A stretch of 53,904 nt of DNA from Minisyncoccota bacterium. GTDB lineage: Bacteria; Patescibacteriota; Minisyncoccia; Phycocordibacterales; UBA918. Positions 44,527-53,783 of this stretch are shown in pieces. The number at the start of each line of letters is the position of its first letter. The stretch's first letter is position 1. The stretch lies in contig JAWKSP010000003.1 in the NCBI GenBank assembly GCA_041389025.1, forward strand, positions 70,065 through 123,968, in the 5' to 3' direction. The notes under the pieces were generated by a model. That model made no database searches, was not told the DNA's origin, and saw only the letters and a program-made list of their open reading frames with translations. A program made the translations under genes and the position numbers.

Positions 44527-45846
44527 TTAGTCACTAAGCTCATCTTTTTCACTTTCTACTTTGATTCCTCTTAAAAAATCTTTGGCAGCCTTTTGTTGCG
44601 GGTCAATTTCTTCCATTCTTTGTTCGGCGGTGCGATTGATAAATATATCAGGTTTTAAACCATTTTCAGAAATAGAATGTCCTTCGGGAGTAAGCCAACG
44701 GGCGATAGTGACTTTAAGTGAAGCGCCTGATGGTAATTCTACTAATTCTTGAACTGAACCCTTGCCAAAGGTATCAGTACCTATAACAGTGGCATACTTA
44801 TGTTCTTTTAGAGCACCAGCTAGTATTTCTGAAGCTGAAGCTGAACCTTTATCTACCAGTACTACGAAGTTACTAGGGTTGAAATCATAAAAAGTTCGAC
44901 CGTGACTACGATATAGTCTTTCACTTTGATTGTCACCAAAATTTTCTTTCACAACTACTTTACCGGTTGGTAAAAAGAAGCTGGCAATAGAGACTGCGCT
45001 GTCTAGATAACCGCCTGGATTCCCTCTTAGGTCGAGAATCAGTGAAGTGGCATCTGTTTCCATAAATTCACGTAAAGCTTCTTGGGTCTTTAGTTCTGCT
45101 ACGGCATTAAAGCTATATATTTTTATGGTAAATACTTTACCGTCTAATTCTGTATCAACGGTTGGTATGGTGATAGTATCTCGGGTAATAGTGTAATCTT
45201 TTATTTTGGTGGCACCTTCTCGATAAATAGATAAAATAACATCAGTTCCCTTTTCACCACGAATTAACTTAACAGCTTCGTCTATAGTCATGTCTTCGGT
45301 ACTTTTACCGTCAATTTTTACTATCAAGTCACCAGCTGCTAAACCAGCTTTTTCAGCTGGAGTACTGGGTAATGGTGAAATGACTGTTACAACACCATCT
45401 CTGATTCCTACTTCCATGCCAATACCGCCAAAGTTGCCTGATATGTCCTCGTTGAATTGTTCGCTTATAGCCGGCGGTAAAAACACTGTGTAAGGGTCAT
45501 CATAACTGGAAACTAAGCCTTTTATGGCACCATTAATCTTATCTTCAGTAGAAACTGTGGTGGTGCCAGTATTGGTAAATTTTTCGTCTAAAAGTTCCCA
45601 TACTTTCCAAAACTCTCTCAAATCTATATCTTCTGTTGGTTGATTATTTTCAGCTGCAAAAAGTGAAAAAATACCAGCTGGTTGAGTAGAATTTGAAGGT
45701 AAGGAAAATAAATTATTTACCTGATAGCCAGAAAAGAAAGCCCCTAGAGCCAGTAATAAAGCCAAACTTATACCAGTTATGTTACTTTTATTTTTTCTTT
45801 CTGGATATTTAATACTTGGTGGAATTAAGTCAGGTTGTTCACGCAT
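44527..45846 (-). CDS. S41-family C-terminal processing peptidase
   Basis: PDZ segment (PAEKAGLAAGDLIVKIDG) and S41 motifs LRGNPGGYL and DKGSASASEILAGAL. N-terminal TM. Confidence 0.9.
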   Translation of the reverse strand: MREQPDLIPPSIKYPERKNKSNITGISLALLLALGAFFSGYQVNNLFSLPSNSTQPAGIFSLFAAENNQPTEDIDLREFWKVWELLDEKFTNTGTTTVSTEDKINGAIKGLVSSYDDPYTVFLPPAISEQFNEDISGNFGGIGMEVGIRDGVVTVISPLPSTPAEKAGLAAGDLIVKIDGKSTEDMTIDEAVKLIRGEKGTDVILSIYREGATKIKDYTITRDTITIPTVDTELDGKVFTIKIYSFNAVAELKTQEALREFMETDATSLILDLRGNPGGYLDSAVSIASFFLPTGKVVVKENFGDNQSERLYRSHGRTFYDFNPSNFVVLVDKGSASASEILAGALKEHKYATVIGTDTFGKGSVQELVELPSGASLKVTIARWLTPEGHSISENGLKPDIFINRTAEQRMEEIDPQQKAAKDFLRGIKVESEKDELSD

Positions 45847-45917
45847 TAAGAGATATTATGTCACATATGAAAAATAAAACAAAAAAATAACGGGTATTGT
45901 TAATTATGAAAGCTTTC

Positions 45918-45926
45918 TGATACACT
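45918..45926 (+). promoter_or_regulatory. extended -10 element of cysS (leaderless geometry)
   Basis: TGaTACACT (hexamer 45921-45926), 7 nt before ATG 45934. Confidence 0.5.
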
Positions 45927-45933
45927 TATTTTT

Positions 45934-47394
45934 ATGTTTGATAATTTATTTAAATCTAAAAAGCAAAAACCAATAATCGCTCCCACTCTCCGTCTCTATA
46001 ATACAGAGTCTAATAAATTAGAGATATTTGAATCAATAAACGAAAACAAAGTCTTAATGTATTCTTGTGGACCAACTGTTTATGATTATATTCATATTGG
46101 TAACTTAAGAGCTTTTTTTACAGCTGATATCCTAAAAAGAACTTTGATGTTTGATGGTTATGAAGTAAATCACACGATGAATTTAACTGATTTTGGACAT
46201 TTGGTTAGTGATGGCGATGAAGGTGAAGATAAAATGACCAAAGGTTTAAAACGTGAAGGTTTACCGATCACACTTGAAGCCATGCGTGAGTTGTCTGACC
46301 AGTACATCGATGCTTTTTTTGATGATTTGAATAACATGCGTATTTTATCACCAACTACTTGGACCAGAGCTAGCGACTATGTAAAAGCACAGATTCGGTT
46401 GATAGAAACTTTAGATCAAAAAGGTTATGTTTATGAGACATCTGACGGAGTTTATTTTGAAGTAGAAAAATTTCCTCGCTATGGTTGTTTGGGTAATATT
46501 GATTTGTCAAAACTAAAAGAAGGGGCTCGGGTGGAAGTAAACAAAGAAAAAAGACACCCAGCTGATTTTGCAGTTTGGAAAAAAAGCGAACTTGGTTGGG
46601 ATAGTCGTTGGGGTAAAGGTTTTCCAGGATGGCATATTGAATGTTCGGCGATGGCTTTAGATACTTTAGGTAAAGAACTAGATATTCATACCGGTGGAAT
46701 TGATTTGATACCAACTCATCATAATGCTGAAATCGCTCAGTCGGAATGTGCGACTGGTAAAAAATTTGTAAATTATTGGGTTCATAGCGAATTTATTACC
46801 ATTGATAATACAAAAGTAAGTAAGTCGCTTGGTAATACTATTAGTCTGAGGCATTTATACGATCGTGGCTTTACCGGTGATGATTATCGTTATTGGCTTC
46901 TAACCGCCCATTATCGTTCCCCTATCAACTTCTCTTGGGATGCTCTCAAAGCCGCCAAACAGGCTCTCTATCGCTTAAAACGTCACGTTTATGAAGAATA
47001 TAAGCAGAAAGCTGGTAAACCATCGGTTGGATATTTAGATAAGTTTACTAAACATATAAACAATGACTTAGATACACCAAACGCTTTAGCTTTGGTCTGG
47101 GAATTGGTAAAAGACGAAAGTCTGGATAACAAGACCAAGTGTGCCACTTTACATGAAATAGACAAGGTGTTTGAGATTGGTCTTAGTGATAATTTGGAAG
47201 AAGGAGTAAGAAATTTGGGAGTGGTTTCAGTTGAAGATATATCAGCTGAAGTACGTGAATTAGTAGAAAAACGCGAAGCGGCTAGGGTAGCTAGAAATTG
47301 GCTGGAAGCTGATACTTTACGTGACGCCATTGCAATTAAGGGTTATATAGTTGAGGATACTGAGCATGGCCCAAAGATAACCAAGGAAAAATAA
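45934..47394 (+). CDS. cysS: cysteine--tRNA ligase
   Basis: CGPTVYDYIHIGNLR (HIGH) and KVSKSLGN (KMSKS). Confidence 0.95.
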   Translation: MFDNLFKSKKQKPIIAPTLRLYNTESNKLEIFESINENKVLMYSCGPTVYDYIHIGNLRAFFTADILKRTLMFDGYEVNHTMNLTDFGHLVSDGDEGEDKMTKGLKREGLPITLEAMRELSDQYIDAFFDDLNNMRILSPTTWTRASDYVKAQIRLIETLDQKGYVYETSDGVYFEVEKFPRYGCLGNIDLSKLKEGARVEVNKEKRHPADFAVWKKSELGWDSRWGKGFPGWHIECSAMALDTLGKELDIHTGGIDLIPTHHNAEIAQSECATGKKFVNYWVHSEFITIDNTKVSKSLGNTISLRHLYDRGFTGDDYRYWLLTAHYRSPINFSWDALKAAKQALYRLKRHVYEEYKQKAGKPSVGYLDKFTKHINNDLDTPNALALVWELVKDESLDNKTKCATLHEIDKVFEIGLSDNLEEGVRNLGVVSVEDISAEVRELVEKREAARVARNWLEADTLRDAIAIKGYIVEDTEHGPKITKEK

Positions 47395-47422
47395 TTTCTA
47401 TTTTTAGTTGGACTTTAAATCA

Positions 47423-47431
47423 TGCTATAAT
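47423..47431 (+). promoter_or_regulatory. extended -10 element of dnaB
   Basis: TGcTATAAT (hexamer 47426-47431), 9 nt before ATG 47441. Confidence 0.55.
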
Positions 47432-47440
47432 ACCTAAAAT

Positions 47441-48832
47441 ATGGCTGAAAAAAGTCTGACTAATCGTTCGCTCCGCAAAGCTCCTCATAATATTGACGCT
47501 GAAAAAGCGTTATTGGGAGCGATAATTCTAAAGCCAGACGTTATGCATGACGTGTCGGTGACGGTTTATCCAGAGAGTTTTTATGCTGACAAACATCGAG
47601 CTATTTACGAGGCAATTTTAGCAATTTTCTCAAAAGGTAATCCGATTGACATCGTTTCTCTTACCACTAAACTCAAAGATAACGGTACATTAGATAGAGT
47701 TGGTGGAGCTAGTTATGTCACTGAGCTAATCGAAACGGTACCGGCCGCTGGTAACTCACACTACTATGCTGAGTTGGTGCAAGGAAAAGCGGCCCTTAGG
47801 AATCTTATTTACGCAGCTGAGGATATTGCAGAAATTGGTTATTCAGACCCAGAAAGTGTGGATGAAGCCTTAGATCAAGCAGAAAAAAAGATTTTTCACG
47901 CCACTCAATCCCCTAGTGCTCAGAAGTTCAAAACTATTGGCAGTTCCTTAACTGAAGCTTGGGAAAGATTTGAGCATTTGAGTGCTAATCAAGAGGAGAG
48001 ACGTGGTGTGCAATCCGGCTTTACCGCTCTTGATAATCTATTGGCTGGTTTCCAACGTTCAGATTTGATTATCTTGGCTGCTCGTCCGTCTATGGGTAAG
48101 ACTACTTTTGCTTTGGATGTAGCCCGTAATGCTGCTTTGAAGTACGGTGCTTCAATTGGTATTTTTTCTTTGGAAATGAGTGATCAACAGCTTGTTGATC
48201 GTATGTTGGCAGCTGAGGCCGGAGTGGACTCTTGGAAGCTTCGTACTGGCCGATTGTCAAACGACCAAGAATTTGAAGCGGTACAGCAAGCTATGGCCAA
48301 ATTATCTGAAGCGCAGATACATATTGATGATCAGGCTGGTAATAATATTTTAAAAATGCGTTCCGCCGCGCGTCGGCTAAAAAATGAACACGGACTGGAT
48401 ATGTTGATTGTGGATTACCTCCAACTTATGTCCCCCACCGCTACCAAAGCTAGTGACTCGATGGTGCAACAAGTAACCGAGATATCTCGGTCACTCAAAA
48501 TTCTGGCTCGTGATTTGGATGTGCCAATTATAGCCTTGTCACAGTTGTCTCGTGCGGTAGAACAGCGTGGTGGACGTCCTCGTTTGTCTGATTTGCGTGA
48601 TTCTGGTTCAATTGAACAAGATGCCGACGTAGTGATGTTTATTCATCGTGAAGACAAGATGAATAAAGATAAAGAAGCTGAAAGACCAAATATTGCCGAA
48701 ATATTAGTAGAAAAGCATAGAAATGGTCCGGTTGGTGTAGCAGAGCTCTACTTTGATGGACAACATGTTCGCTTCCTTAATCTAGATACTCATCATGCTG
48801 GGTTTGCTTCTGGTGGAGGTGATGACTTTTAG
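47441..48832 (+). CDS. dnaB: replicative DNA helicase
   Basis: PHNIDAEKALLGAIIL N-terminal motif, Walker A ARPSMGKTTFALD, and SGSIEQDADVVMF. No intein. Confidence 0.96.
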   Translation: MAEKSLTNRSLRKAPHNIDAEKALLGAIILKPDVMHDVSVTVYPESFYADKHRAIYEAILAIFSKGNPIDIVSLTTKLKDNGTLDRVGGASYVTELIETVPAAGNSHYYAELVQGKAALRNLIYAAEDIAEIGYSDPESVDEALDQAEKKIFHATQSPSAQKFKTIGSSLTEAWERFEHLSANQEERRGVQSGFTALDNLLAGFQRSDLIILAARPSMGKTTFALDVARNAALKYGASIGIFSLEMSDQQLVDRMLAAEAGVDSWKLRTGRLSNDQEFEAVQQAMAKLSEAQIHIDDQAGNNILKMRSAARRLKNEHGLDMLIVDYLQLMSPTATKASDSMVQQVTEISRSLKILARDLDVPIIALSQLSRAVEQRGGRPRLSDLRDSGSIEQDADVVMFIHREDKMNKDKEAERPNIAEILVEKHRNGPVGVAELYFDGQHVRFLNLDTHHAGFASGGGDDF

Positions 48833-48835
48833 TTT

Positions 48836-49474
48836 ATGAGTGATTTAGATAAACTGGTTGGTTATTTTGAAAAGTTCCCAGGGGTTGGCGTAAGACAAGC
48901 TAAACGTTTTGCTTTTCATATTTTAACTTTAGATAATGTAAAAATAGATGAGTTAACTAAATTAATGTCGTCATTAAAAAATTCAGTTCATGAATGTAGT
49001 GAGTGTCATCGTTTTTTTTCTAACTATAATTCTTCAAGTACAGTAAGGGTTTGTAATCTTTGTGTTGATGCAGAAAGGGACAATAAAAAACTCTTGGTAG
49101 TAACGAGCGATGCTGATGTTTTGGCGATTGAGCGAGGCGGAGTGTATGAGGGGAGATATTTTGTGCTTGGTGGTACAGTTCCTCTTTTAAATACAAAAAA
49201 CAAGGAAGAAAACAGTCGTTTGCGTGGCGGAGCTTTGAAGTCTCTGGTAGCAAAACTATTAGGTCAAACAAACGAAAACTTGGAGGTAATTTTAGGTTTT
49301 GCGATAAATCCCGATGGTGAGAATACTGGTCGATATGTAGAAAGTTTACTAAAGGAATGGATTGAGCAGGATAAGGTTATTGTGTCGCATTTAGCTCGTG
49401 GACTCTCTACCGGTAGTGAGCTTGAATATGCCGATGCTGAAACAATCAAAAGTGCTTTGCGTAATAGAAAATAG
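48836..49474 (+). CDS. recR: recombination protein RecR
   Basis: HhH FPGVGVRQAKRFAFHIL, a Cys4 zinc finger (CSECHRF..CNLC) and a Toprim domain. Confidence 0.92.
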   Translation: MSDLDKLVGYFEKFPGVGVRQAKRFAFHILTLDNVKIDELTKLMSSLKNSVHECSECHRFFSNYNSSSTVRVCNLCVDAERDNKKLLVVTSDADVLAIERGGVYEGRYFVLGGTVPLLNTKNKEENSRLRGGALKSLVAKLLGQTNENLEVILGFAINPDGENTGRYVESLLKEWIEQDKVIVSHLARGLSTGSELEYADAETIKSALRNRK

Positions 49475-49483
49475 ATAGCACAA

Positions 49484-49536
49484 AGAGTATTAAGAAAAGC
49501 CCGCCGGCGAAGCCGGCGGGCTTTTCTTAATACTCT
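49484..49536. terminator. 25-bp perfect inverted repeat (terminator between convergent recR and rplU)
   Basis: AGAGTATTAAGAAAAGCCCGCCGGC GAA GCCGGCGGGCTTTTCTTAATACTCT. Arms verified as exact reverse complements. Confidence 0.8.
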
Positions 49537-49549
49537 CCCAACATCAAAT

Positions 49550-49585
49550 TTAAATTAAAATCACCAGCTTTTGGCCGGTGATTTT
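49550..49585 (-). terminator. possible terminator of rplU
   Basis: AAAATCACC..GGTGATTTT 9-bp stem just after the rplU stop (minus strand). Confidence 0.4.
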
Positions 49586-49590
49586 AAGGA

Positions 49591-49923
49591 TTATATCGCT
49601 TCGATTTTTACTTTTGCGTAGTGCTGTCTGTGTCCTAGACGACGGTCACGGTTACTTTTTGCTTTGTAGCGAATAATGGTAAGTTTTGGACCTTTTTTTT
49701 CTCCTAGGTAAGTCGCTTTAACCTTTGTACCGGTGGTCGGGGTACCGACTTTTGTTTCAGTGCCATTATCGGTCATTAAAACCTTATCAAACTCAATGGT
49801 ATCACCTTCCTTGTGCTCGCCTAAAAGCTCCACTAAAAGAGTATCTCCTACTGATACCATATATTGTTTTCCGCCGGTTGCAATTACCGCAAAAGCGTCG
49901 TTTTTAGCTGTGTTTGTTGCCAT
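49591..49923 (-). CDS. rplU: 50S ribosomal protein L21
   Basis: MATNTAKNDAFAVIATGGKQYMVSVGDTLLVE.., an L21 signature. Start at ATG 49923. Confidence 0.92.
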   Translation of the reverse strand: MATNTAKNDAFAVIATGGKQYMVSVGDTLLVELLGEHKEGDTIEFDKVLMTDNGTETKVGTPTTGTKVKATYLGEKKGPKLTIIRYKAKSNRDRRLGHRQHYAKVKIEAI

Positions 49924-49933
49924 AATGCGCGCT

Positions 49934-49962
49934 ATAGTACAAGAAAAACCAAAAAAATGCAA
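49934..49962 (-). promoter_or_regulatory. sigma70 promoter of rplU
   Basis: TTGCAT (49962-49957), 17 nt, TACTAT (49939-49934). 10 nt to the ATG. Confidence 0.6.
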
Positions 49963-49983
49963 TGGTTAAGATAATATATAAAT

Positions 49984-50039
49984 AAAAACAAACCCCCATA
50001 CCAATTTAAAACTAAATTACAAAGTTAATTGGTATGGGG
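49984..50039 (-). terminator. intrinsic terminator of the 50069..50473 gene
   Basis: 13-bp stem CCCCATACCAATT/AATTGGTATGGGG. The T-rich tail (GTTTGTTTTT) is on the minus strand. Confidence 0.65.
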
Positions 50040-50068
50040 ATTAAACTGAATATTTCATTATAAATCCT

Positions 50069-50473
50069 TTATAGAAAAATCTTGTGAGCCATTCTTGATA
50101 TAGTGCTTACACTGCAGTGCAAACCTTCTATGTCAATACACCTAACCGCGCCGGTTTGTATTTCCCATTCAGCACATTTCTCGCAGTGGTTTCTTTGTCC
50201 TAACCTAGCTACAAAAAAACCTGCATCAAGTACATATCTGCTTGGTACGTATATCACCGGAGCTATTCGTGCTAGCCATACATAACCCCATATTGTTTGC
50301 CTGTATGGAACTGTCCACACAAAAGTGCAGAACATTATATGCGGTTTAAAATGCACAATAGTGTTTATAGCTCTGCTAGTTGCAACCAACCAGTCACTTA
50401 TTGGCGGGTGCCAATCTATTCTTATTGGCCCTGGTCTGAAAGCCCCTACTTTTCTGAAAATAACTGTACTCAT
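50069..50473 (-). CDS. hypothetical protein (Trp/Cys-rich, higher G+C than neighbours)
   Basis: GGAGGTG SD 6 nt from the ATG. TGgTATAAT promoter about 75 nt upstream. Own terminator. No motif recognised. Confidence 0.6.
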   Translation of the reverse strand: MSTVIFRKVGAFRPGPIRIDWHPPISDWLVATSRAINTIVHFKPHIMFCTFVWTVPYRQTIWGYVWLARIAPVIYVPSRYVLDAGFFVARLGQRNHCEKCAEWEIQTGAVRCIDIEGLHCSVSTISRMAHKIFL

Positions 50474-50696
50474 GATACACCTCCATTTTTTTCAGGTACA
50501 TCATCTAACACAACCGTAACTGATTAAATCAATACGATCATAACTTAATCATTATACCATGACGTGCATATTTTGCAATAGGTCAAGTAAAGATTGGGGA
50601 TAAAATAAGAACGATGAAAATCCTTGACTAAAGTACAAAAAATATGCATATTATAGTAAGAAGTTTTCGATAAACCTTTTTTAAGGAAGTAATATA

Positions 50697-51158
50697 ATGG
50701 CAAATTACACTATTTTCGGTAATGAAATCTATGCAAAACAATATTTATTAACTGAGGTCAGTAAAGTAGTATTAGTGATTTTTACATTGTTTACATTACT
50801 AACTTTTTTGGAGGATGGTATAAATTCTTTTCTAAAATGGTGGATTTGGTCAATTACCGCTTCTTCATTACTGATTTTAATGAATAATCTTTTTAGAGAG
50901 ATGCTGCTATCGTTGAAGTTTTACAATAAAAAACCCAAAGAAATAGTCATCTTTTACGGAAAGTACCCCTTATTTTTGCATCTTTTTTCAGTAATATTGG
51001 CCACATATTTTTTTCACTCGGCTTATTTTTTTGCTGTTGAATTAATTTCAAGCTCGATGAAGTTTTTTGTAGAAACATTTGGCATTATTTTCTTTGGTGT
51101 AGCCGTATTTCTTCTTGTTATGAATTTATATAAATATGCATTGATGGTTTCAAAATAA
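50697..51158 (+). CDS. hypothetical integral membrane protein
   Basis: 153 aa with about 4 TM segments. A TTGACT promoter lies upstream. Confidence 0.55.
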   Translation: MANYTIFGNEIYAKQYLLTEVSKVVLVIFTLFTLLTFLEDGINSFLKWWIWSITASSLLILMNNLFREMLLSLKFYNKKPKEIVIFYGKYPLFLHLFSVILATYFFHSAYFFAVELISSSMKFFVETFGIIFFGVAVFLLVMNLYKYALMVSK

Positions 51159-51180
51159 ATTTTAAAAGTACTTTTTTTTA

Positions 51181-51219
51181 CGCTGGACAGTTATTGTTTA
51201 CTGTTCAGCGTTTTGTTTT
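51181..51219 (+). terminator. intrinsic terminator
   Basis: CGCTGGACAG..CTGTTCAGCG stem (one G.U in the plus orientation), then TTTTGTTTT. Confidence 0.7.
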
Positions 51220-51365
51220 AAATATGTATAAAAATGGAATAATCTTACTAGACTGTTCCAATTGGTGGATTTTTCAAAACGTCAATTAATATTCATGGGT
51301 TATTTTGAAGAAATTAATTTCAATTATTGGTTGTCAATTTTATATCGAAAATAATTGAATTTTGG

Positions 51366-52484
51366 TTAATCCAATTTAGCTGGCTTATCCAACACTAATT
51401 GTTCATGTTCTATGCCTTCGCCGGTTATTTTCATCAGGTCCTTATCTACTTTTGAGAACTCTTTATTGGCTGAGTTATAGTGGTTTACTGTAGTGCTAAG
51501 ACTATTGCCAATTTTATCAAAATATTGACCATACGCGTTTAAATGACGAACTAATTTCTCGACGTTTTTTTGGATTTCTTTGGAACTTTCTTCTACTTTA
51601 AAAGCGCGAAAACCATAAAGAACTGACTGTAAGTAAGCGGCAAAGGTGGTTGGTGAGACAATGATCACGTTTTTGTCTTTGTAGGCATAGTCCAGTAATG
51701 AGCGGGTGTTTACCTTGACTGAGCCAACTTCATTGATTAATAGATCATAATAAATGGCTTCGGCCGGAATAAACATAAAAGCAAATGGTAGAGTACCGTC
51801 TTTTGGTCTTATGTACTTGGCGGTTTCGTCAATGCGTTTTTTAAGATCATTTTTAAATTCTTTTTCTAATTCTTCGCGCCGGTTTTGGTCTGACTCGTCC
51901 ACCAGTCGTCGGTAATTATCGAGAGAGAATTTAGCATCAACCGGTATCATGCCGTCTTTGGTTATAACTACGGCGTCAACAATATCACCATCAGTAAATT
52001 GGTATTGTAGTTTGTAGGCGCCAACCGGTAGAATGTTTTCTAAAGCCAGTTGCAGACTGGCTTCACCCAGATTACCTCTTTGTTTTTGGTGTTTTAAAAC
52101 TTTCTCTAGATTTTGTAGCTGTTCGGCAATGGTAAAGACTTGTTTAGAGCTCTCTCCTACTTCTGAGACATGTTTTTGTACGCCAAGCAACTTTTCATTG
52201 ATGCTTTCTTGAATATTTCTGATTTGTTCGTTTACCTCACGATTTATTTCTTGCATTAGCTCTTTGCTTTCACGAAATTGAACTCGACTACCCTCTTGAG
52301 CCAGTTTGGAGCTTTCGTTCATTTGTTCTCGCACAGTACGAGACAAATCCTGAAGTTGCTGTTGCATCAAGAGCATACTTTCATTAGTTTCGGGCTTCTT
52401 TTCTTTACGAATAAAAAAGACGTAAATTAGGATGCCGATAATGACGATTAGTAAAATAAGTAAGACAATTTGTAAGTTTTCCAT
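51366..52484 (-). CDS. rmuC: DNA recombination protein RmuC
   Basis: N-terminal TM plus coiled coil. RmuC core ..IPVDAKFSLDNYRR.., FMFIPAEAIYYDL and IVSPTTFAAYLQSV. Confidence 0.88.
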   Translation of the reverse strand: MENLQIVLLILLIVIIGILIYVFFIRKEKKPETNESMLLMQQQLQDLSRTVREQMNESSKLAQEGSRVQFRESKELMQEINREVNEQIRNIQESINEKLLGVQKHVSEVGESSKQVFTIAEQLQNLEKVLKHQKQRGNLGEASLQLALENILPVGAYKLQYQFTDGDIVDAVVITKDGMIPVDAKFSLDNYRRLVDESDQNRREELEKEFKNDLKKRIDETAKYIRPKDGTLPFAFMFIPAEAIYYDLLINEVGSVKVNTRSLLDYAYKDKNVIIVSPTTFAAYLQSVLYGFRAFKVEESSKEIQKNVEKLVRHLNAYGQYFDKIGNSLSTTVNHYNSANKEFSKVDKDLMKITGEGIEHEQLVLDKPAKLD

Positions 52485-52565
52485 GCAACGATAAGTTTAG
52501 CACTTTCATTAGAAAATGGCTAAAGATATGCTAATATTTCTTTATAACAATTTATTTTGATATTT

Positions 52566-53018
52566 ATGTCTATACAAAGTGAACTTAAAGATTCATTAAA
52601 AGAAGCCATGAAGGCCAAAGATCAGGTAAAATTAAGAACAATACGTAGCATTGTGACTGCGGTTACTAATGAACTGGTAGCAATCGGTAAAACTCCACAA
52701 AGTGAATTAGATGACGCTGGGGTTTTGTCGGTTATTAAACGCTTGGCCAAACAACGAAAGGAATCAATCGTCCAGTTTGAAGCAGCTAATCGACCAGAAT
52801 TAGCTGAACCAGAAAAAGAAGAGTTGGCAATTTTGGAATCCTACCTCCCCACTTTAATGAGTCGGAAAGAAATAAAACCAATCGCTGAAGCGGTAAAAGC
52901 AGAGTTAGGGATCGATGATAAAGCCAAGATGGGAATGTTGGTTGGTGCGGTAATGAAAAAGCTCCAAGGGCAGGCTGATGGAGCAGATGTGAAGGTGGTG
53001 GTTGAAGGGTTGTTTTAG
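52566..53018 (+). CDS. GatB/YqeY-domain protein
   Basis: MSIQSELKDSLKEAMKAKDQVKLRTIRSI..LAILESYLP.., typical of YqeY. ATG 52566 is preferred over TTG 52557. Confidence 0.85.
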   Translation: MSIQSELKDSLKEAMKAKDQVKLRTIRSIVTAVTNELVAIGKTPQSELDDAGVLSVIKRLAKQRKESIVQFEAANRPELAEPEKEELAILESYLPTLMSRKEIKPIAEAVKAELGIDDKAKMGMLVGAVMKKLQGQADGADVKVVVEGLF

Positions 53019-53042
53019 ACTTTTAAAATTATAAATTTATAT

Positions 53043-53079
53043 AAAAACCCGTGGTAATTGTGATTACCACGGGTTTTTT
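53043..53079. terminator. bidirectional intrinsic terminator
   Basis: AAAAACCCGTGGTAAT TGTG ATTACCACGGGTTTTT between convergent genes. Confidence 0.85.
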
Positions 53080-53081
53080 AG

Positions 53082-53783
53082 TCAATCTTCTACTCCAAGT
53101 TCTGTCAACAGACTTTGGATTTTGTTAGCTTGATCAGTCGTTTGTGCATTTCCTAATGCCAAATCCCTTGCTTTTTTTAAGTACTTAATTTGGTTATTGG
53201 TGTCATTCATTAGGCCATACATTTCACCGACTTTTCTTAAAACACGTACGAATTGTCTGTATCCTTGTAATGAGTTTTCATACGTAAGAATTAAAGCTTC
53301 GTACCCAATTGCTTCATGAATTAATTCTTTGACTTTATCAGTGGTACCTGATTTTGTTACTAAAATAACCAGGGCTTTAGTTGATAAAATCAAAGCTTTT
53401 TCACTTGGAAGAGCTGTTTTGCTGTTTTCAGTCAAGTATAAAGATTTGTCGGCTAGTATATTGGTTTGTTTAGGAAAAAATAAATTTCTGCCTAATTTAA
53501 GTTTTAGTAAAAAACTTATTAAAACATTAATTTGGCTATAATTAAGCTTGTCATGGTACTTATATATCACAAACGCGTGATATGACATAGAAGTTAACCA
53601 AAAACACTTGGTTATGATGTTTTGTTGCTTAAAAAAAGATATATAAGCTGAAAGCATCACTGCATGAGCATCCAAGAAAAGGCTTTTTTCTCTAAGTCTT
53701 TTTGCTTTTTTTCTTGTTTCTTTGATTGCATTTTTGTCACCTTGCCAAATTTTTTCTGTTAAATCTTCATCTTCTGTAGACAT
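53082..53783 (-). CDS. hypothetical protein (helical-repeat-like)
   Basis: 233 aa. AGGAGG SD 4 nt from the ATG. TTTACA-17-CATAAT promoter upstream. No motif recognised. Confidence 0.55.
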   Translation of the reverse strand: MSTEDEDLTEKIWQGDKNAIKETRKKAKRLREKSLFLDAHAVMLSAYISFFKQQNIITKCFWLTSMSYHAFVIYKYHDKLNYSQINVLISFLLKLKLGRNLFFPKQTNILADKSLYLTENSKTALPSEKALILSTKALVILVTKSGTTDKVKELIHEAIGYEALILTYENSLQGYRQFVRVLRKVGEMYGLMNDTNNQIKYLKKARDLALGNAQTTDQANKIQSLLTELGVED

